A stretch of DNA of 64,000 nt from Dehalococcoidia bacterium (GCA_041390625.1 JAWKPM010000010.1:42514-106513), one strand, 5' to 3'; numbered from the stretch's first letter, positions 1 through 9,425 are shown. A program made the numbers and translations. Notes: generated by a model from the sequence alone, not told the origin.

Positions 1-1
1 G

Positions 2-586
2 GCGCGGGGGACGTGGTGGAAGTCGCGCGACGTCATCAAGGTCAGCGGCATCGATCAGGTCTCGGAATCAATCACCCGTGTGACGGTCGACGACCTCGGG
101 TACGAAGCGGAGACCGCAGGCAAGCTCTGGTGGGTGCCTTACCGCATCGCGATGGCTTCATCGCAGGGCAACTCTCCCAGTCTGAGCATGCGTGTCCTCG
201 GCATTCCGCTGCCGGTGCCCAATTTCGCGGCGCGGCGCGGCGCGGCGGCCGTCCTGGGTGCGCTGCCGTACTGTCCATTCGCCCTCGACCATCCTTCGAT
301 TGCGTGGCGCGCGATCGATGACACATGCCTCGAGGCGAGCGGCACACAGGGTCGAGCGGGCCCGAAGTTCACGTACGAGATCGACGAGACGGGGCGGGTG
401 ATCGGCATCGCGCCTGAGTCGGCGCGCTTCCTTCCCGGCCAGCGGATGCACCTCCGAACATCAATCGCGAAGTACCACGAGCGAGACGGGGTTCGAGTGC
501 CGGCGGAGGCCACGCTGAACACCTCGGCCGGGCGTGAAACGAAACGGACCGCGATCACGGTGACCGACTCGGCGGTCATCCGATAG
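2..586 (+). CDS. Hypothetical protein, 5'-truncated; the reading frame is open from the window edge
   Basis: Frame 2 is open from base 2 with high GC3. It continues the 168-aa ORF track entry (80..586) upstream without a stop. No recognisable catalytic motif. Confidence 0.45.
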   Translation, partial: ARGTWWKSRDVIKVSGIDQVSESITRVTVDDLGYEAETAGKLWWVPYRIAMASSQGNSPSLSMRVLGIPLPVPNFAARRGAAAVLGALPYCPFALDHPSIAWRAIDDTCLEASGTQGRAGPKFTYEIDETGRVIGIAPESARFLPGQRMHLRTSIAKYHERDGVRVPAEATLNTSAGRETKRTAITVTDSAVIR

Positions 587-617
587 CAGGCCGCGAGCCG
601 AGAGCAAGGAGGCTCGA

Positions 618-1013
618 TTGAGGAGCGACGCGGTGATGCGGGTGGCGCGGCCGACGGACCACCTGAAGGCGGTCGCGGAGATGTACGCGCGCGGGCTGGG
701 CTTCGAGGTGCTGTCCTCGTTCGAGGACCACGAGGGGTTCGACGGGATCATCCTCGGGCGGGCGGGGCAGCCGTATCACCTCGAGTTCACCGCTCAGCGC
801 GGGCACGCGGTGGGGCGGGCACCGACCTCGGATCACCTTCTCGCGTTCTACCTGCCGGACGAGGCGGAGTGGCTCGCGACGTGCGAGCGGATGATCGCGG
901 CGGGGTTCCGGGAGGTCGCCTCGTACAACCCGTACTGGGACCTGCGCGGGCGGACGTTCGAGGACCTCGACGGCTATCACGTCGTGCTGCAAAACGAGGC
1001 GTGGACTCGGTAG
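618..1013 (+). CDS. VOC/glyoxalase-bleomycin-resistance family protein (YycE-like)
   Basis: 131 aa with a TTG start 5 nt after AAGGAGG (607-612). Sequence HLEF...HLLAFYL...YNPYWD is typical of the small VOC fold. Confidence 0.6.
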   Translation: MRSDAVMRVARPTDHLKAVAEMYARGLGFEVLSSFEDHEGFDGIILGRAGQPYHLEFTAQRGHAVGRAPTSDHLLAFYLPDEAEWLATCERMIAAGFREVASYNPYWDLRGRTFEDLDGYHVVLQNEAWTR

Positions 1014-1016
1014 AGG

Positions 1017-1571
1017 TCAGGGCGACCACTCGCGGACCACGCAGTTGTCGAGCTGCTCGCCGCTGAGGTAGCGGAGAAAGCCCGAGTGGCTGACGACGAG
1101 GATGCGCTCCTCCTCGCGGCCTGCGAGCCACGCGCGGAAACGATCGACGCGCTGCTGAAGGAGCTCGCGCGGCTCGATCGGCAGGCCTCGCTCGTCGGGG
1201 GGGCCCCGGTGCCACCACACCTCGGGCAGATGGGCGAAGTCGAGCGCCGGATACGCCTCGGCGAGTGCTGTCGGAGCGCGGCCGACGTCGCAGGCATCGC
1301 CAAGGCGCTCCCGGACGAGGGGATCGACTCGGATGCGGACCTCGGCGTCGCGCACCACACCGAGCGTGGTCTCGATGGCGCGCGTCAGTGGCGAAGTGAC
1401 GACGAGGTCGGGTGCCAGACGGGCGACGTCCCGAGCCGCGGCGGCCACCTGCGCACGACCTCGATCACTGAGCGGGGCGTCGATGATCCCCGGATCGACG
1501 TTCGTGACCTCGTAGCTCTCCTGGAATGTCGAGTGGCCGTGGCGCAGGAGGAAGACTCGCACGGACGCCAC
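1017..1571 (-). CDS. Histidine phosphatase family protein (phosphoglycerate-mutase-like)
   Basis: RVFLLRHGHS (RHG catalytic motif) and VVSHSGF. Start trimmed to a GTG so it does not overlap the upstream gene that ends at 1582. Confidence 0.7.
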   Translation of the reverse strand: MASVRVFLLRHGHSTFQESYEVTNVDPGIIDAPLSDRGRAQVAAAARDVARLAPDLVVTSPLTRAIETTLGVVRDAEVRIRVDPLVRERLGDACDVGRAPTALAEAYPALDFAHLPEVWWHRGPPDERGLPIEPRELLQQRVDRFRAWLAGREEERILVVSHSGFLRYLSGEQLDNCVVREWSP

Positions 1572-1581
1572 GTCTGGACCG

Positions 1582-2196
1582 TCAGCCTCGGGGTCGCGCG
1601 GGGTTGCCGACGACCGTGACGCCGTCCGGAACGTCGCGGGTGACGACCGCGCCGGCACCGACGACGGCGCCGCGACCGATGGTGACGTTCGGCAAGACGA
1701 TCACGCCCGCACCGAGGAACGCGCCTTCGAGGACCTTCACCCCACCGGGGAGCGTGACGCCCGGACCGACCTGGGCACCTTCACCCAGCGTGACGTCGTG
1801 GTCCACGGAGGCGTTGGCGTTGACGATGCTGAAGTCGCCGAGCGTCGCGTTCGGGTGCACGGTCGCGTTGGCGAGGACCGCGACGCCTCGACCGATCGAG
1901 GCGAGCGGCGAGACATAGGCGGCCGGGTGAATGACGCCCTCGACGGTGCGACCGGCCTCGAGCATCTCGCGGGCGAGGCGGACGCGCATCGCGGAGTCGC
2001 CCATGGCGACGACGAAGCTCGCCTCGGGATGCTCACGCCAGGCGTCGGGCACGCCGAGCACCGGGACGCCGTTCTGATCGGGACCCTCGGTCGAGTCGTC
2101 GAGTACACCAGTGACGGTGAGTCCGGCGGCCAGACACGCGTCCATGATCACGCGTCCCTGCCCGCCGTAGCTCATCACCACGATTCGGACGGGCAT
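1582..2196 (-). CDS. Sugar O-acyltransferase, NeuD/PglD family (left-handed beta-helix hexapeptide repeats)
   Basis: Internal ATG at 2196 (MPVRIVVMSYGGQG, Rossmann-like N-terminus) preceded by GGAAG. The C-terminus has hexapeptide repeats (GVAVLANATVHPNATLGDFSIVNANASVDHDVTLG). Confidence 0.75.
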   Translation of the reverse strand: MPVRIVVMSYGGQGRVIMDACLAAGLTVTGVLDDSTEGPDQNGVPVLGVPDAWREHPEASFVVAMGDSAMRVRLAREMLEAGRTVEGVIHPAAYVSPLASIGRGVAVLANATVHPNATLGDFSIVNANASVDHDVTLGEGAQVGPGVTLPGGVKVLEGAFLGAGVIVLPNVTIGRGAVVGAGAVVTRDVPDGVTVVGNPARPRG

Positions 2197-2242
2197 GTGG
2201 CTTCCTCGTACGCCTGTCGAAGCGGTGCTCAGGACGCTCCGG

Positions 2243-2674
2243 TCAGCGGGCCCAGGAGATGACCTTCTCGGGATCGACGATCGCGACGACGCGGCCTTCG
2301 GCGCGGAGGCCGCGGAGGATCTCGTCGTCGGAGGGGGAGGGCTGGCGCGAGCGGTACTTGGCTCGGAGCTTCTTCGCGAGGGCGAGCAGCGAGGCGTCGT
2401 CGTCGACGAAGCGGCAGCGGCCCTCGACGATGACGGTGCGGTAGCCCATCGGGTCATCGATGACGAGCGAGACCTCGGGGCTGCGGCTGAGGAAGCGGTA
2501 CTTGGCGCGGGAGCGGGTGATCGAGACCTCGAAGCGACCGCCCTCGTAGTTGAACCAGACGGGGGTGGCGTGGGGCGGACGGCCCTCGGCGCGGGCGACG
2601 CACATGACGGCGGTGCGGGGCTCGGCGAGGAAGGCGTTGAACTGGTCGGGGATGGTCGCCTGGGAGGTCGTCAT
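2243..2674 (-). CDS. PPOX-class (pyridoxamine 5'-phosphate oxidase-like, possibly F420-dependent) split-barrel protein
   Basis: 143 aa from MTTSQATIPDQFNAFLAEPRTAVMCV...PVWF...RAKYR, the pattern typical of the PPOX/F420-binding family. Only the distal part of the long ORF track entry is used. Confidence 0.6.
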   Translation of the reverse strand: MTTSQATIPDQFNAFLAEPRTAVMCVARAEGRPPHATPVWFNYEGGRFEVSITRSRAKYRFLSRSPEVSLVIDDPMGYRTVIVEGRCRFVDDDASLLALAKKLRAKYRSRQPSPSDDEILRGLRAEGRVVAIVDPEKVISWAR

Positions 2675-2938
2675 GGGCAGCGCAGCTCTCGTCTCGCTCG
2701 GTCTTCTCGCTCGGCCTCCGAAGGGGGCGAGCAGCCTCGAAGTTCGAGTGCAGGTTCGAGCCGCATCGTAGCATCGAGGTGCGGAGGCGCCGGAGGGCCG
2801 ATCCGCCTCGAGCGCTCGCGCTCGGGGGCGACGGACCTCGATCGCCCGTAGGCCCTTCGCCCGTACACTCTTCGAATGTACGGCTACGAGCCTCCAAAGC
2901 CGGTCAGGCCGGGCGGTTGCCGCGACTCGCTGATCATC

Positions 2939-3169
2939 ATGCGAGTGGCCTTCGAGGTGCTGCTGCCGATCGTGGGCGTCGGGATCGCGGCGCTGGCGGT
3001 GGTGGCGGTGGCGGTGGTGCTGTTCTCGTATCACCCGCTGCTGATCTTCCTGCCGGTGGCGGTCGTGATCGGCGCCCTCATGCTGGTGGCGCGTCGCGAT
3101 CGGCGGCTGCAGGCGGAGGAACGACTGCGGGGCGAAGACGGGCCTCGACCGCCGAGCGCGCCTCGATGA
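2939..3169 (+). CDS. Small membrane protein with two TM helices (hypothetical)
   Basis: ATG at 2939 with strong GC3 bias. Very hydrophobic (VAFEVLLPIVGVGIAALAVVAVAVVLF...) with a charged C-terminus. Lies directly upstream of the radical SAM gene. Confidence 0.4.
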   Translation: MRVAFEVLLPIVGVGIAALAVVAVAVVLFSYHPLLIFLPVAVVIGALMLVARRDRRLQAEERLRGEDGPRPPSAPR

Positions 3170-3233
3170 CGGCTCCGAGCGGGGACGCGAGGCGTAGACT
3201 GGCCTCGATGGACCTTGTGACGACGGGAATTCG

Positions 3234-4877
3234 ATGACGGACGTCCGACAGCTGGCACGCGAGCGCCTGGAGCGGGAGCGCGGCTTCACGGTGAAGAACT
3301 GGGGCGGCCGCATCCCGGTCGCGATGGTGTACCCGAACTCGTACTACATCGGGATGTCGAACCTGGCGCTGCAGACGGTGTACGCGCTGTTCAATGCGTA
3401 CGACGACTTCGTGTGCGAGCGCGCCTTCTACGACCCGCCCGGCCGCGGCGGCCAGCACCCCGCACCGATCGTCTCGATGGAGTCGCAGCGCGGCCTCGGC
3501 GACTTCGCCGTCATCGCGTTCACGCTGTCGTACGAGTTCGACTACTTCAACATGGTGCAGGTGCTGAAGAGCGCCGGGATCCCGCTGCGCGCCGAGCAGC
3601 GGGACGAGCGCCATCCCCTCGTGATCGCGGGGGGTGCGTGCATGCTCACGAATCCCGCGGGGGTCGCGCCGTTCCTCGACGCCGCGATCGTGGGCGAGGG
3701 CGAGGAGATCGTGCCGGGCCTCGTGGGGGCGTGGCGCGAGGGGCTGTACGGCGACCGCGACGCCCTCCTCGATGAGATGGCCTCGATTCCCGGGGTGTAC
3801 GTGCCCTCGAGGCCGCCGGTCTTCGGTGCGATCGAACGCCAGTGGGTGCACGACATCGCGGGCACCGAGGCGTACTCGACGATCCTCACGGAGGACACCG
3901 AGCTCTCGAACATGACCCTCATTGAGTGCGCGCGCGGGTGCGGTCGCGGCTGCCGCTTCTGCATCGCTGGTTATGTCTTCCGTCCGCCTCGCTACCGTCC
4001 GACGGACGAGCTGCTGCGGATCGTCGAGCACTCGCTGGAGCACACGGAGCGTGTCGGACTCCTCGGTGCCGCCGTGGCGGACCACCCCGAGCTCTCGGAG
4101 CTCGTGATCCAGGCGCACGCGATGGGCGCGCGCGTCTCGATCTCCTCGCTGCGGGTGGACAACCTGCGGCCCGAGGTGCTGCGCGCGATCGCCGAGGGCG
4201 GCACGAAGACCGTGACGGTGGCGCCCGAAGCCGGGTCCGAGCGCATGCGGCAGGCGATCAACAAGGGCGTCTCGGAGGCGGAGATCCTCGCGGGCGCCTC
4301 GATGGTGGGTGAGTCGGGGGCGGCGCGCTTCAAGCTCTACTTCATGGCGGGGCTGCCGGGCGAAGAGGACGACGACGTCTACGCGATGGCGATGCTCGGC
4401 AACCGGATCAAGGAGCGCCTCGATGCCGCAGGGCGCGGCACGCGCCTCGTGATGTCGGTGAGCCCCCTCGTGCCGAAGCCGTGGACGGCGTACCAGTACC
4501 AGCCGGCGATCGACACCGCGAAGGTGAAGGGCCGGATGGGCATCCTGAAGCAGCACCTGGTGCCGGGCATCGAGCTGCGGGCGGACTCGCCGCTGACGGC
4601 GCGCGTCGACGACGTGCTGTCGCGGGCGGATGCGCGCCTCGCGGACATGCTCGAGGCGATGGAGGACAACTCGCTCGGGTCGTACCGGGCGGCGATCCGC
4701 GAGTTCGGCCTGGATGGCGAATTCCCCTGGGATGGGGAGCGGGCGCCGTGGCACATCGTGGACGTGGGGATGACGGAGCGCTTCCTGCTGCGCGAGATGG
4801 ACAAGCACGAGCGCGTGCGGCGCACGATCCCCTGCCCCCCGCCCGAGGTGGGCTGCAAGCTCTGCGGGGTCTGCTGA
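3234..4877 (+). CDS. Radical SAM domain protein (uncharacterised TIGR03960-like family)
   Basis: 547 aa. Has a CX3CX2C motif (ECARGCGRGCRFC) and a C-terminal cysteine cluster (CPPPEVGCKLCGVC). Confidence 0.8.
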   Translation: MTDVRQLARERLERERGFTVKNWGGRIPVAMVYPNSYYIGMSNLALQTVYALFNAYDDFVCERAFYDPPGRGGQHPAPIVSMESQRGLGDFAVIAFTLSYEFDYFNMVQVLKSAGIPLRAEQRDERHPLVIAGGACMLTNPAGVAPFLDAAIVGEGEEIVPGLVGAWREGLYGDRDALLDEMASIPGVYVPSRPPVFGAIERQWVHDIAGTEAYSTILTEDTELSNMTLIECARGCGRGCRFCIAGYVFRPPRYRPTDELLRIVEHSLEHTERVGLLGAAVADHPELSELVIQAHAMGARVSISSLRVDNLRPEVLRAIAEGGTKTVTVAPEAGSERMRQAINKGVSEAEILAGASMVGESGAARFKLYFMAGLPGEEDDDVYAMAMLGNRIKERLDAAGRGTRLVMSVSPLVPKPWTAYQYQPAIDTAKVKGRMGILKQHLVPGIELRADSPLTARVDDVLSRADARLADMLEAMEDNSLGSYRAAIREFGLDGEFPWDGERAPWHIVDVGMTERFLLREMDKHERVRRTIPCPPPEVGCKLCGVC

Positions 4878-4925
4878 GCGGGGCGCCTCCGCGCGGCGGC
4901 GGCCCGCCTCCGACCGGGACTGCCC

Positions 4926-6005
4926 ATGAAGTGGCTCGCGTTCCTCGGATTCCTGGTTGTGGCCTCGATGGTCGTGGGGTGCCGGGACGAGGACCTCGAC
5001 GGCGTCGAGCGCGCCTCGAGGGTTGCGGCGGCGCGGGCGGAGGCGGCGCGGCTCCACGAGGGGGCCTCGTTCGGGATTCAGCGGTGGAACGAAGTGGACT
5101 CGGTCGAGCCTCTGAACGAGGTGGCGGGGTTCGATGTCGTCGTGCCTCGAGGGTTGCCGGACGGGTTCACCGTCGACTGGGTCGTGGCGCAGCCGCCGGT
5201 CGTCGAGCCGAACGGCGGTCAGACGCTCACGATCGCAGTGGTGGCGGTCTCCGCGCGCGCCCGTGAAGGCGTGATCCAGGTGATCGAATCGAGCCGGCCG
5301 CCCGACGAAACCACTGCAGGCACGCAGGTCGCGATCGGCACGACGGTCGGTCGCCTGAGCTACCCACGCTCGGCGGGGGACGGGAGCCCGTTCGCCCAGG
5401 TGGCGTTCACGGGTTGCGGCCTCGGACTGGGGGTGACGACGTACAACCTCGAGACGGGGCCGACCTTCACTGCCGACGAGGTGGTCATCGTGGCGGAGGC
5501 GACGTTCGAGTCGTGTGACGCGGAGCCCGAGGGCGAGTCCCTCGACACACGCTACTTCGTCATCAAGCGTGACGACGCGGTGCCGGATCTGGCTGCGTTC
5601 GAGGCACAGATGGGCATCGACGTCACGCTGCCGACGTACCTGCCGGAACGCGTGACGCCACGTTTCCTCTACGGGTTCCCGTTGTTGCCCGGAACCGGCA
5701 GCAGGCGCGAGAGCCACAGTGTCGCGACGGTGTACGGGCTTGGAGCGAGCGGATCGTTCGTGCTCGCGCAGGAGAGCGCTCGCAACGAGATGGGCGAGGG
5801 CGAGGGCGTCGATGTTGGAGGCGTGCGGGGACACCTCGCGCGATTCGACCCGGCCGATGGTCGCCCGTGGCGACTGACGTGGGAGGCGTGCGACCTCGCG
5901 TTCTCGCTCGAAGTGCCGTCGTTCGATGGGGTGCCGGGTGCGAGCTCGCTCGCGGACGAGGAGCTGATTCGCATGGCGGCCTCGATCGTCGAGGGATGCG
6001 AATGA
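4926..6005 (+). CDS. Lipoprotein, two-repeat paralog family (LolA/DUF4367-like, tentative), copy 1
   Basis: Signal peptide plus lipobox (LVVASMVVGC). Has two internal repeats with the GFDVV.P.GLP / IDVTLPTYLP motif and a C-terminal ...AASIVEGCE. Paralogous to 7582-8664, 8730-9331 and 9979-10617. Confidence 0.7.
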   Translation: MKWLAFLGFLVVASMVVGCRDEDLDGVERASRVAAARAEAARLHEGASFGIQRWNEVDSVEPLNEVAGFDVVVPRGLPDGFTVDWVVAQPPVVEPNGGQTLTIAVVAVSARAREGVIQVIESSRPPDETTAGTQVAIGTTVGRLSYPRSAGDGSPFAQVAFTGCGLGLGVTTYNLETGPTFTADEVVIVAEATFESCDAEPEGESLDTRYFVIKRDDAVPDLAAFEAQMGIDVTLPTYLPERVTPRFLYGFPLLPGTGSRRESHSVATVYGLGASGSFVLAQESARNEMGEGEGVDVGGVRGHLARFDPADGRPWRLTWEACDLAFSLEVPSFDGVPGASSLADEELIRMAASIVEGCE

Positions 6006-6157
6006 CCTCGATGGGCCGATGGTGCTGAATCCGGGACTCGCGACGATGATCGTGGTAACTGACGAGTCTGACGGGCCTCGGTGGTGCGTCGGGGTCGATC
6101 ACGGCAGGGTGTCGCTTCTCGCCGGATGCGTCGCGCTGCCTCGATGCGGGGTGTCGC

Positions 6158-6805
6158 GTGACACAGTCGCCGGCCGGCACGGACGTTCCTGAGGGCGAGC
6201 TCGCCGACGGCGAACTCGTGCGGGTGGTGTACGTCACGGAGCCGGTGGAGCGGCCGTTCGTCGCGCGAGTGGAACACTCCTCGGCGGAGACGACCTCGAT
6301 CGATCTCTTCCGGCTGCCGGGGCGCCAGACGCCGCCGGGGCGCGGCGAGCCGATCGTGATCGTTGCGGACCACCGCACGCCTCGACGGGCGTTCGAGGCG
6401 CACGTGCTCGCGGTCCGGCCGACGCCGCCTCGAATGGAGGTGACGCGGCCGGTCGAGGCGCAGCGGGACGAGCGACGATCGGCGCCTCGGGTGCCGTACG
6501 TCCTCGAGTTCGAGGGCACCGTGCCGGGCGTCACCGGCGTGGCGAGCACGTTCCGCGGCAAGACGCAGGACCTCAGCCGGCGCGGCGCCGCCCTGAGCGC
6601 GGACATCGACCTCCCCCCGGACACGGAAGTGGCGCTGCACGTCCTGCTCGGCGACGAGAGCCCGCCGCTCGCGGTACAGGCGGTCACCCTGCCTCGGATC
6701 GCGCGCGGACGGGCGCGGGGGGCGCTGCGCGTGCGCTTCACCTCGGGCGATGGCGACGCGTTCGCACGCCTCGAGACGATGCTCGAGCAGGCCTCGGGCT
6801 CCTGA
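6158..6805 (+). CDS. PilZ domain protein (c-di-GMP receptor) with a ~100-aa N-terminal extension
   Basis: GTG start. PilZ signature RRSAPR ... DLSRRGAAL (RxxxR ... D/NxSxxG). Confidence 0.75.
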   Translation: MTQSPAGTDVPEGELADGELVRVVYVTEPVERPFVARVEHSSAETTSIDLFRLPGRQTPPGRGEPIVIVADHRTPRRAFEAHVLAVRPTPPRMEVTRPVEAQRDERRSAPRVPYVLEFEGTVPGVTGVASTFRGKTQDLSRRGAALSADIDLPPDTEVALHVLLGDESPPLAVQAVTLPRIARGRARGALRVRFTSGDGDAFARLETMLEQASGS

Positions 6806-6818
6806 TACCGCTTCGATG

Positions 6819-6839
6819 CCCGCCTCTTCTCGGGGCGGG
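6819..6839 (+). terminator. GC-rich hairpin (CCCGCC-N9-GGCGGG) 14 nt after the PilZ stop; no U-tract
   Basis: Inverted repeat read directly from the sequence. Lacks a T-run, so only terminator-like. Confidence 0.35.
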
Positions 6840-6989
6840 TGGGTTCGATCCCGCGGACCTCGACGCCCGGCCGAAGCGCCATGCATCGGCATCACGAATG
6901 AAGGTATAGACCATCACATTCCTGACGATGATCTGACATCCTGACGTCCATCTGACGTCCATTGCAGGTCGAGTCCGGGAGCGTCCCCC

Positions 6990-7529
6990 ATGCAAGTCGT
7001 GCTCTGCGATACGTGCCACCAACCCCTCGGCGGGCGAACCACCGAGATGCACCTGTTCTTCGGGGAGGCGTTCTCGACGCACGACGGTCGCGCTCGGGTG
7101 GCGCACCGCGGGACCTCGAAGGTGTTCAACCTCTGCCAGGGGTGCGGATCCTGGCTCGAGGGGGCGCTGAAGCACCTGCGCGCCTCACACGACCGCCGCA
7201 CGTCGCCTCGGATTCCCGTTGCCCTGGAAGTGGAGGGCATCGTCCTCGACCGAGCGGGGCTGGCGAGCACGTTCCACGCGCGGACGATCAACCTGAGCCA
7301 GGGCGGCGCCGCGCTTTCGACGAACGTCGACATCCCGGCGGGCACCGAGGTGATGCTCCGCTTCCTCGTTGTCGACAAGTCCTTCGAACTTCGAGCGGTG
7401 GCACTGCCTCGGATCGCACCGAGCGGGGATCCGCCGTTGCGTGTTCGCTTCACGGCGAACGACGACCGAGCGCTGGATTGCCTGGACCAGGTGCTGCGCG
7501 CGGCGGCGTCCGCCTCGAGGGCCGCGTAG
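6990..7529 (+). CDS. Zinc-ribbon-PilZ domain protein (c-di-GMP receptor)
   Basis: N-terminal CDTC...CQGC ribbon, then PilZ motifs RRTSPR ... NLSQGGAAL. Confidence 0.75.
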   Translation: MQVVLCDTCHQPLGGRTTEMHLFFGEAFSTHDGRARVAHRGTSKVFNLCQGCGSWLEGALKHLRASHDRRTSPRIPVALEVEGIVLDRAGLASTFHARTINLSQGGAALSTNVDIPAGTEVMLRFLVVDKSFELRAVALPRIAPSGDPPLRVRFTANDDRALDCLDQVLRAAASASRAA

Positions 7530-7581
7530 GCCCGGCCCGGCTCTACACTCCCCGCCACGATCGCGCAGGCCGGGAGGGCAC

Positions 7582-8664
7582 ATGACCGGGCGGAGCGGGG
7601 CGCTCGCGCTGCTGGGGTGCCTGGCGCTGGCCTCGATGCTCGCGGGGTGCCGCGACGAGGACCTCGATGACGTCGAGCGCGCCTCGAGGAACGAGGCGGC
7701 GCGGGCCGAGGCGGCACGGCTGCACGAGGGCGCCACGTACTTCCTGATGGACGTGGCAGAGCTCGATGGCGCGGCGGCGCTGAGTGCAGCCGTCGGCTTC
7801 GACGTCGTCATGCCCCGGGGGCTGCCGGAGGGCCTCGAGGTGAGCGTGGTCATCGGACAGGCGGCGCAGCCCTTCGATGGCGCGTCGTCGCCGGCACTGG
7901 CGAGCGTGACGATGTTCCGCCGTGGCATTGATGGCCTGGTGCAGCTGCTCGAGCTCGAGGGACCGATGGACCCGAGCACGGCCGGTGAGGACGTCGCCCT
8001 TGGTGACGGCGTCGGGCGCCTCGCGGAAGCAACCGGCGAGGGGTCGCCCGGCCGCTTCACCACGCTGACGTTCGAGGGGTGCGGCCTCACCCTCGCGATC
8101 TCGATGCTCGGGCTCGACGCCGAGGGCCCGCCGATCACGCGCGACCAGGCGATCGCGATGGGCACCGCGACGCGCGCCGGCTGCGCAGAACCGCTCCCGG
8201 AGACACCGGTCGTGCGGTACTTCCAGCAGCGACTGGTCGACCTGCCGGACCGTGCTGCCTTCGACGCGAGGGCGGGCTTCGATGTGGTCCTGCCCTCCTA
8301 CCTGCCGCCCGACGCGATGCCGACGTGGGTGACGGGACAGCCGTTCCTGCCCGGCTTCAACGGGGAGCCGGACGGCCGCGGGGCGCAGGCGGTGTACGGC
8401 CTCGATGGGGGGACGCTGCTGCTGACGGAGGGCACGAGACGCCTCGACGTCTCGGCGGGCACGGTGGTCGCGGTGGGCGACCGCAGCGGGCGGCTGCTGC
8501 GCGAGGCCTCGGAGGACGGGGTGCAGCTGATGCTGGCGTGGGAGGGCTGCGGCCTCGAGTTTGCTCTGACGGCGCTGTCGTTCAACGGGGCCGCGGACGG
8601 GCCGCCGCTCGACGAGACGGAACTCGTGCGCATCGCGGCATCGATGCTCGACGGGTGCGAGTGA
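7582..8664 (+). CDS. Lipoprotein, two-repeat paralog family, copy 2
   Basis: Internal ATG at 7582 preceded by GGGAGGG. Lipobox LASMLAGC. The first 25 mature residues are near-identical to copy 1 (CRDEDLD.VERASR..AARAEAARLHEGA). Repeats GFDVVMPRGLPEG and GFDVVLPSYLPPD. C-terminus IAASMLDGCE. Confidence 0.75.
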   Translation: MTGRSGALALLGCLALASMLAGCRDEDLDDVERASRNEAARAEAARLHEGATYFLMDVAELDGAAALSAAVGFDVVMPRGLPEGLEVSVVIGQAAQPFDGASSPALASVTMFRRGIDGLVQLLELEGPMDPSTAGEDVALGDGVGRLAEATGEGSPGRFTTLTFEGCGLTLAISMLGLDAEGPPITRDQAIAMGTATRAGCAEPLPETPVVRYFQQRLVDLPDRAAFDARAGFDVVLPSYLPPDAMPTWVTGQPFLPGFNGEPDGRGAQAVYGLDGGTLLLTEGTRRLDVSAGTVVAVGDRSGRLLREASEDGVQLMLAWEGCGLEFALTALSFNGAADGPPLDETELVRIAASMLDGCE

Positions 8665-8729
8665 CCTCGTTGGTGCGATTCATCCTCGAGGCGGACGCGA
8701 TGCTGCGCGGGCGGCCGTAGCCTCGAGGC

Positions 8730-9331
8730 ATGCGCGTCGCCTCGACGATCCCGGTGGTGCTGGCCTCGATGATCGTCCTCGGGTGCACGAGCGGCGGGGA
8801 TGGTGTGCCAGTGGCCGAGGACGCGACGTTCGAGTGGTGGGATGGGGAGCAGACGCACGCGCGGGTCCCGATCGAGGGCGGCCTCGATGGGGTGGCGGAG
8901 CGCCTCGAGTTTGAGCGGTGCTGCCCTCGGAACTGCCGCACGGGATGGAGTTGCGCTCCGTGCTCGCGATCGGGATGACGTTCGGCGATCAAACGGCACC
9001 AGGCCTGACCTCGGTGCAGCTCGAACTCCGCGACGACGAGAACGCACACCGTCTGTCGCTCGGGGAGCACCAAACGGAGCCGGGCCGGGGGCCGTCGCTC
9101 GCGTTGAACGGGGCGCGCGACGTCGAGATCGCGGGCGTCCCCGTGCGGCGGCACAATCGACCGCCGGAGCCAGGGTGGCCGGATGGCCTGCGCCTGGCCT
9201 CGTGGGTGGCGTGCGGGCTCGAGTTCGGCCTCGGGGGGCCGTTCACCGAGTTCAGCGGGCCGGAGTTCGAGGCGGTCGTGGCCTCGATCATCGAGGCGTG
9301 TGAGGGAGAGCGAGCCTCGGGGGTGCGTTGA
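8730..9331 (+). pseudogene. Frameshifted paralog of the lipoprotein family (single-repeat form)
   Basis: Signal peptide and lipobox (LASMIVLGC) in frame 3 to ~8900 (..LDGVAERLEFE). The homologous continuation (VLPSELPHGMEL ... VVASIIEACEGE) is in frame 2 (8918-9331). Implies a +/-1 frameshift near 8900-8930. Confidence 0.55.
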
Positions 9332-9425
9332 ACCTGTTCATACGTGATCGTTTCAACGTTGATCATAGTTTAGTGCCTGCTAATGTCACCTCGATGTTTT
9401 GACTGCTGCATCGATGGAGGCAGGT

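Noticed and set aside
3078-5834. 918-aa minus-strand ORF
   Set aside because: It runs antisense through the radical-SAM gene and lipoprotein copy 1 and is Arg/Gly/His-rich with no motifs. It is a typical high-GC antisense artefact, whereas the sense genes have clear motifs and RBSs.
6830-6870. tRNA-like T-arm (GTGGG-TTCGATC-CCCGC) after the first PilZ gene
   Set aside because: Only a T-arm-like hairpin is present. I could not build acceptor, D or anticodon arms, and there is no CCA context. It is more likely part of the terminator hairpin region.
6940-6961. Tandem CTGACGTCCAT x2 considered as a CRISPR or mini-satellite
   Set aside because: Only two copies, 11 bp each, with no spacers and no cas genes. 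It is interpreted instead as a regulator-binding direct repeat (see findings).
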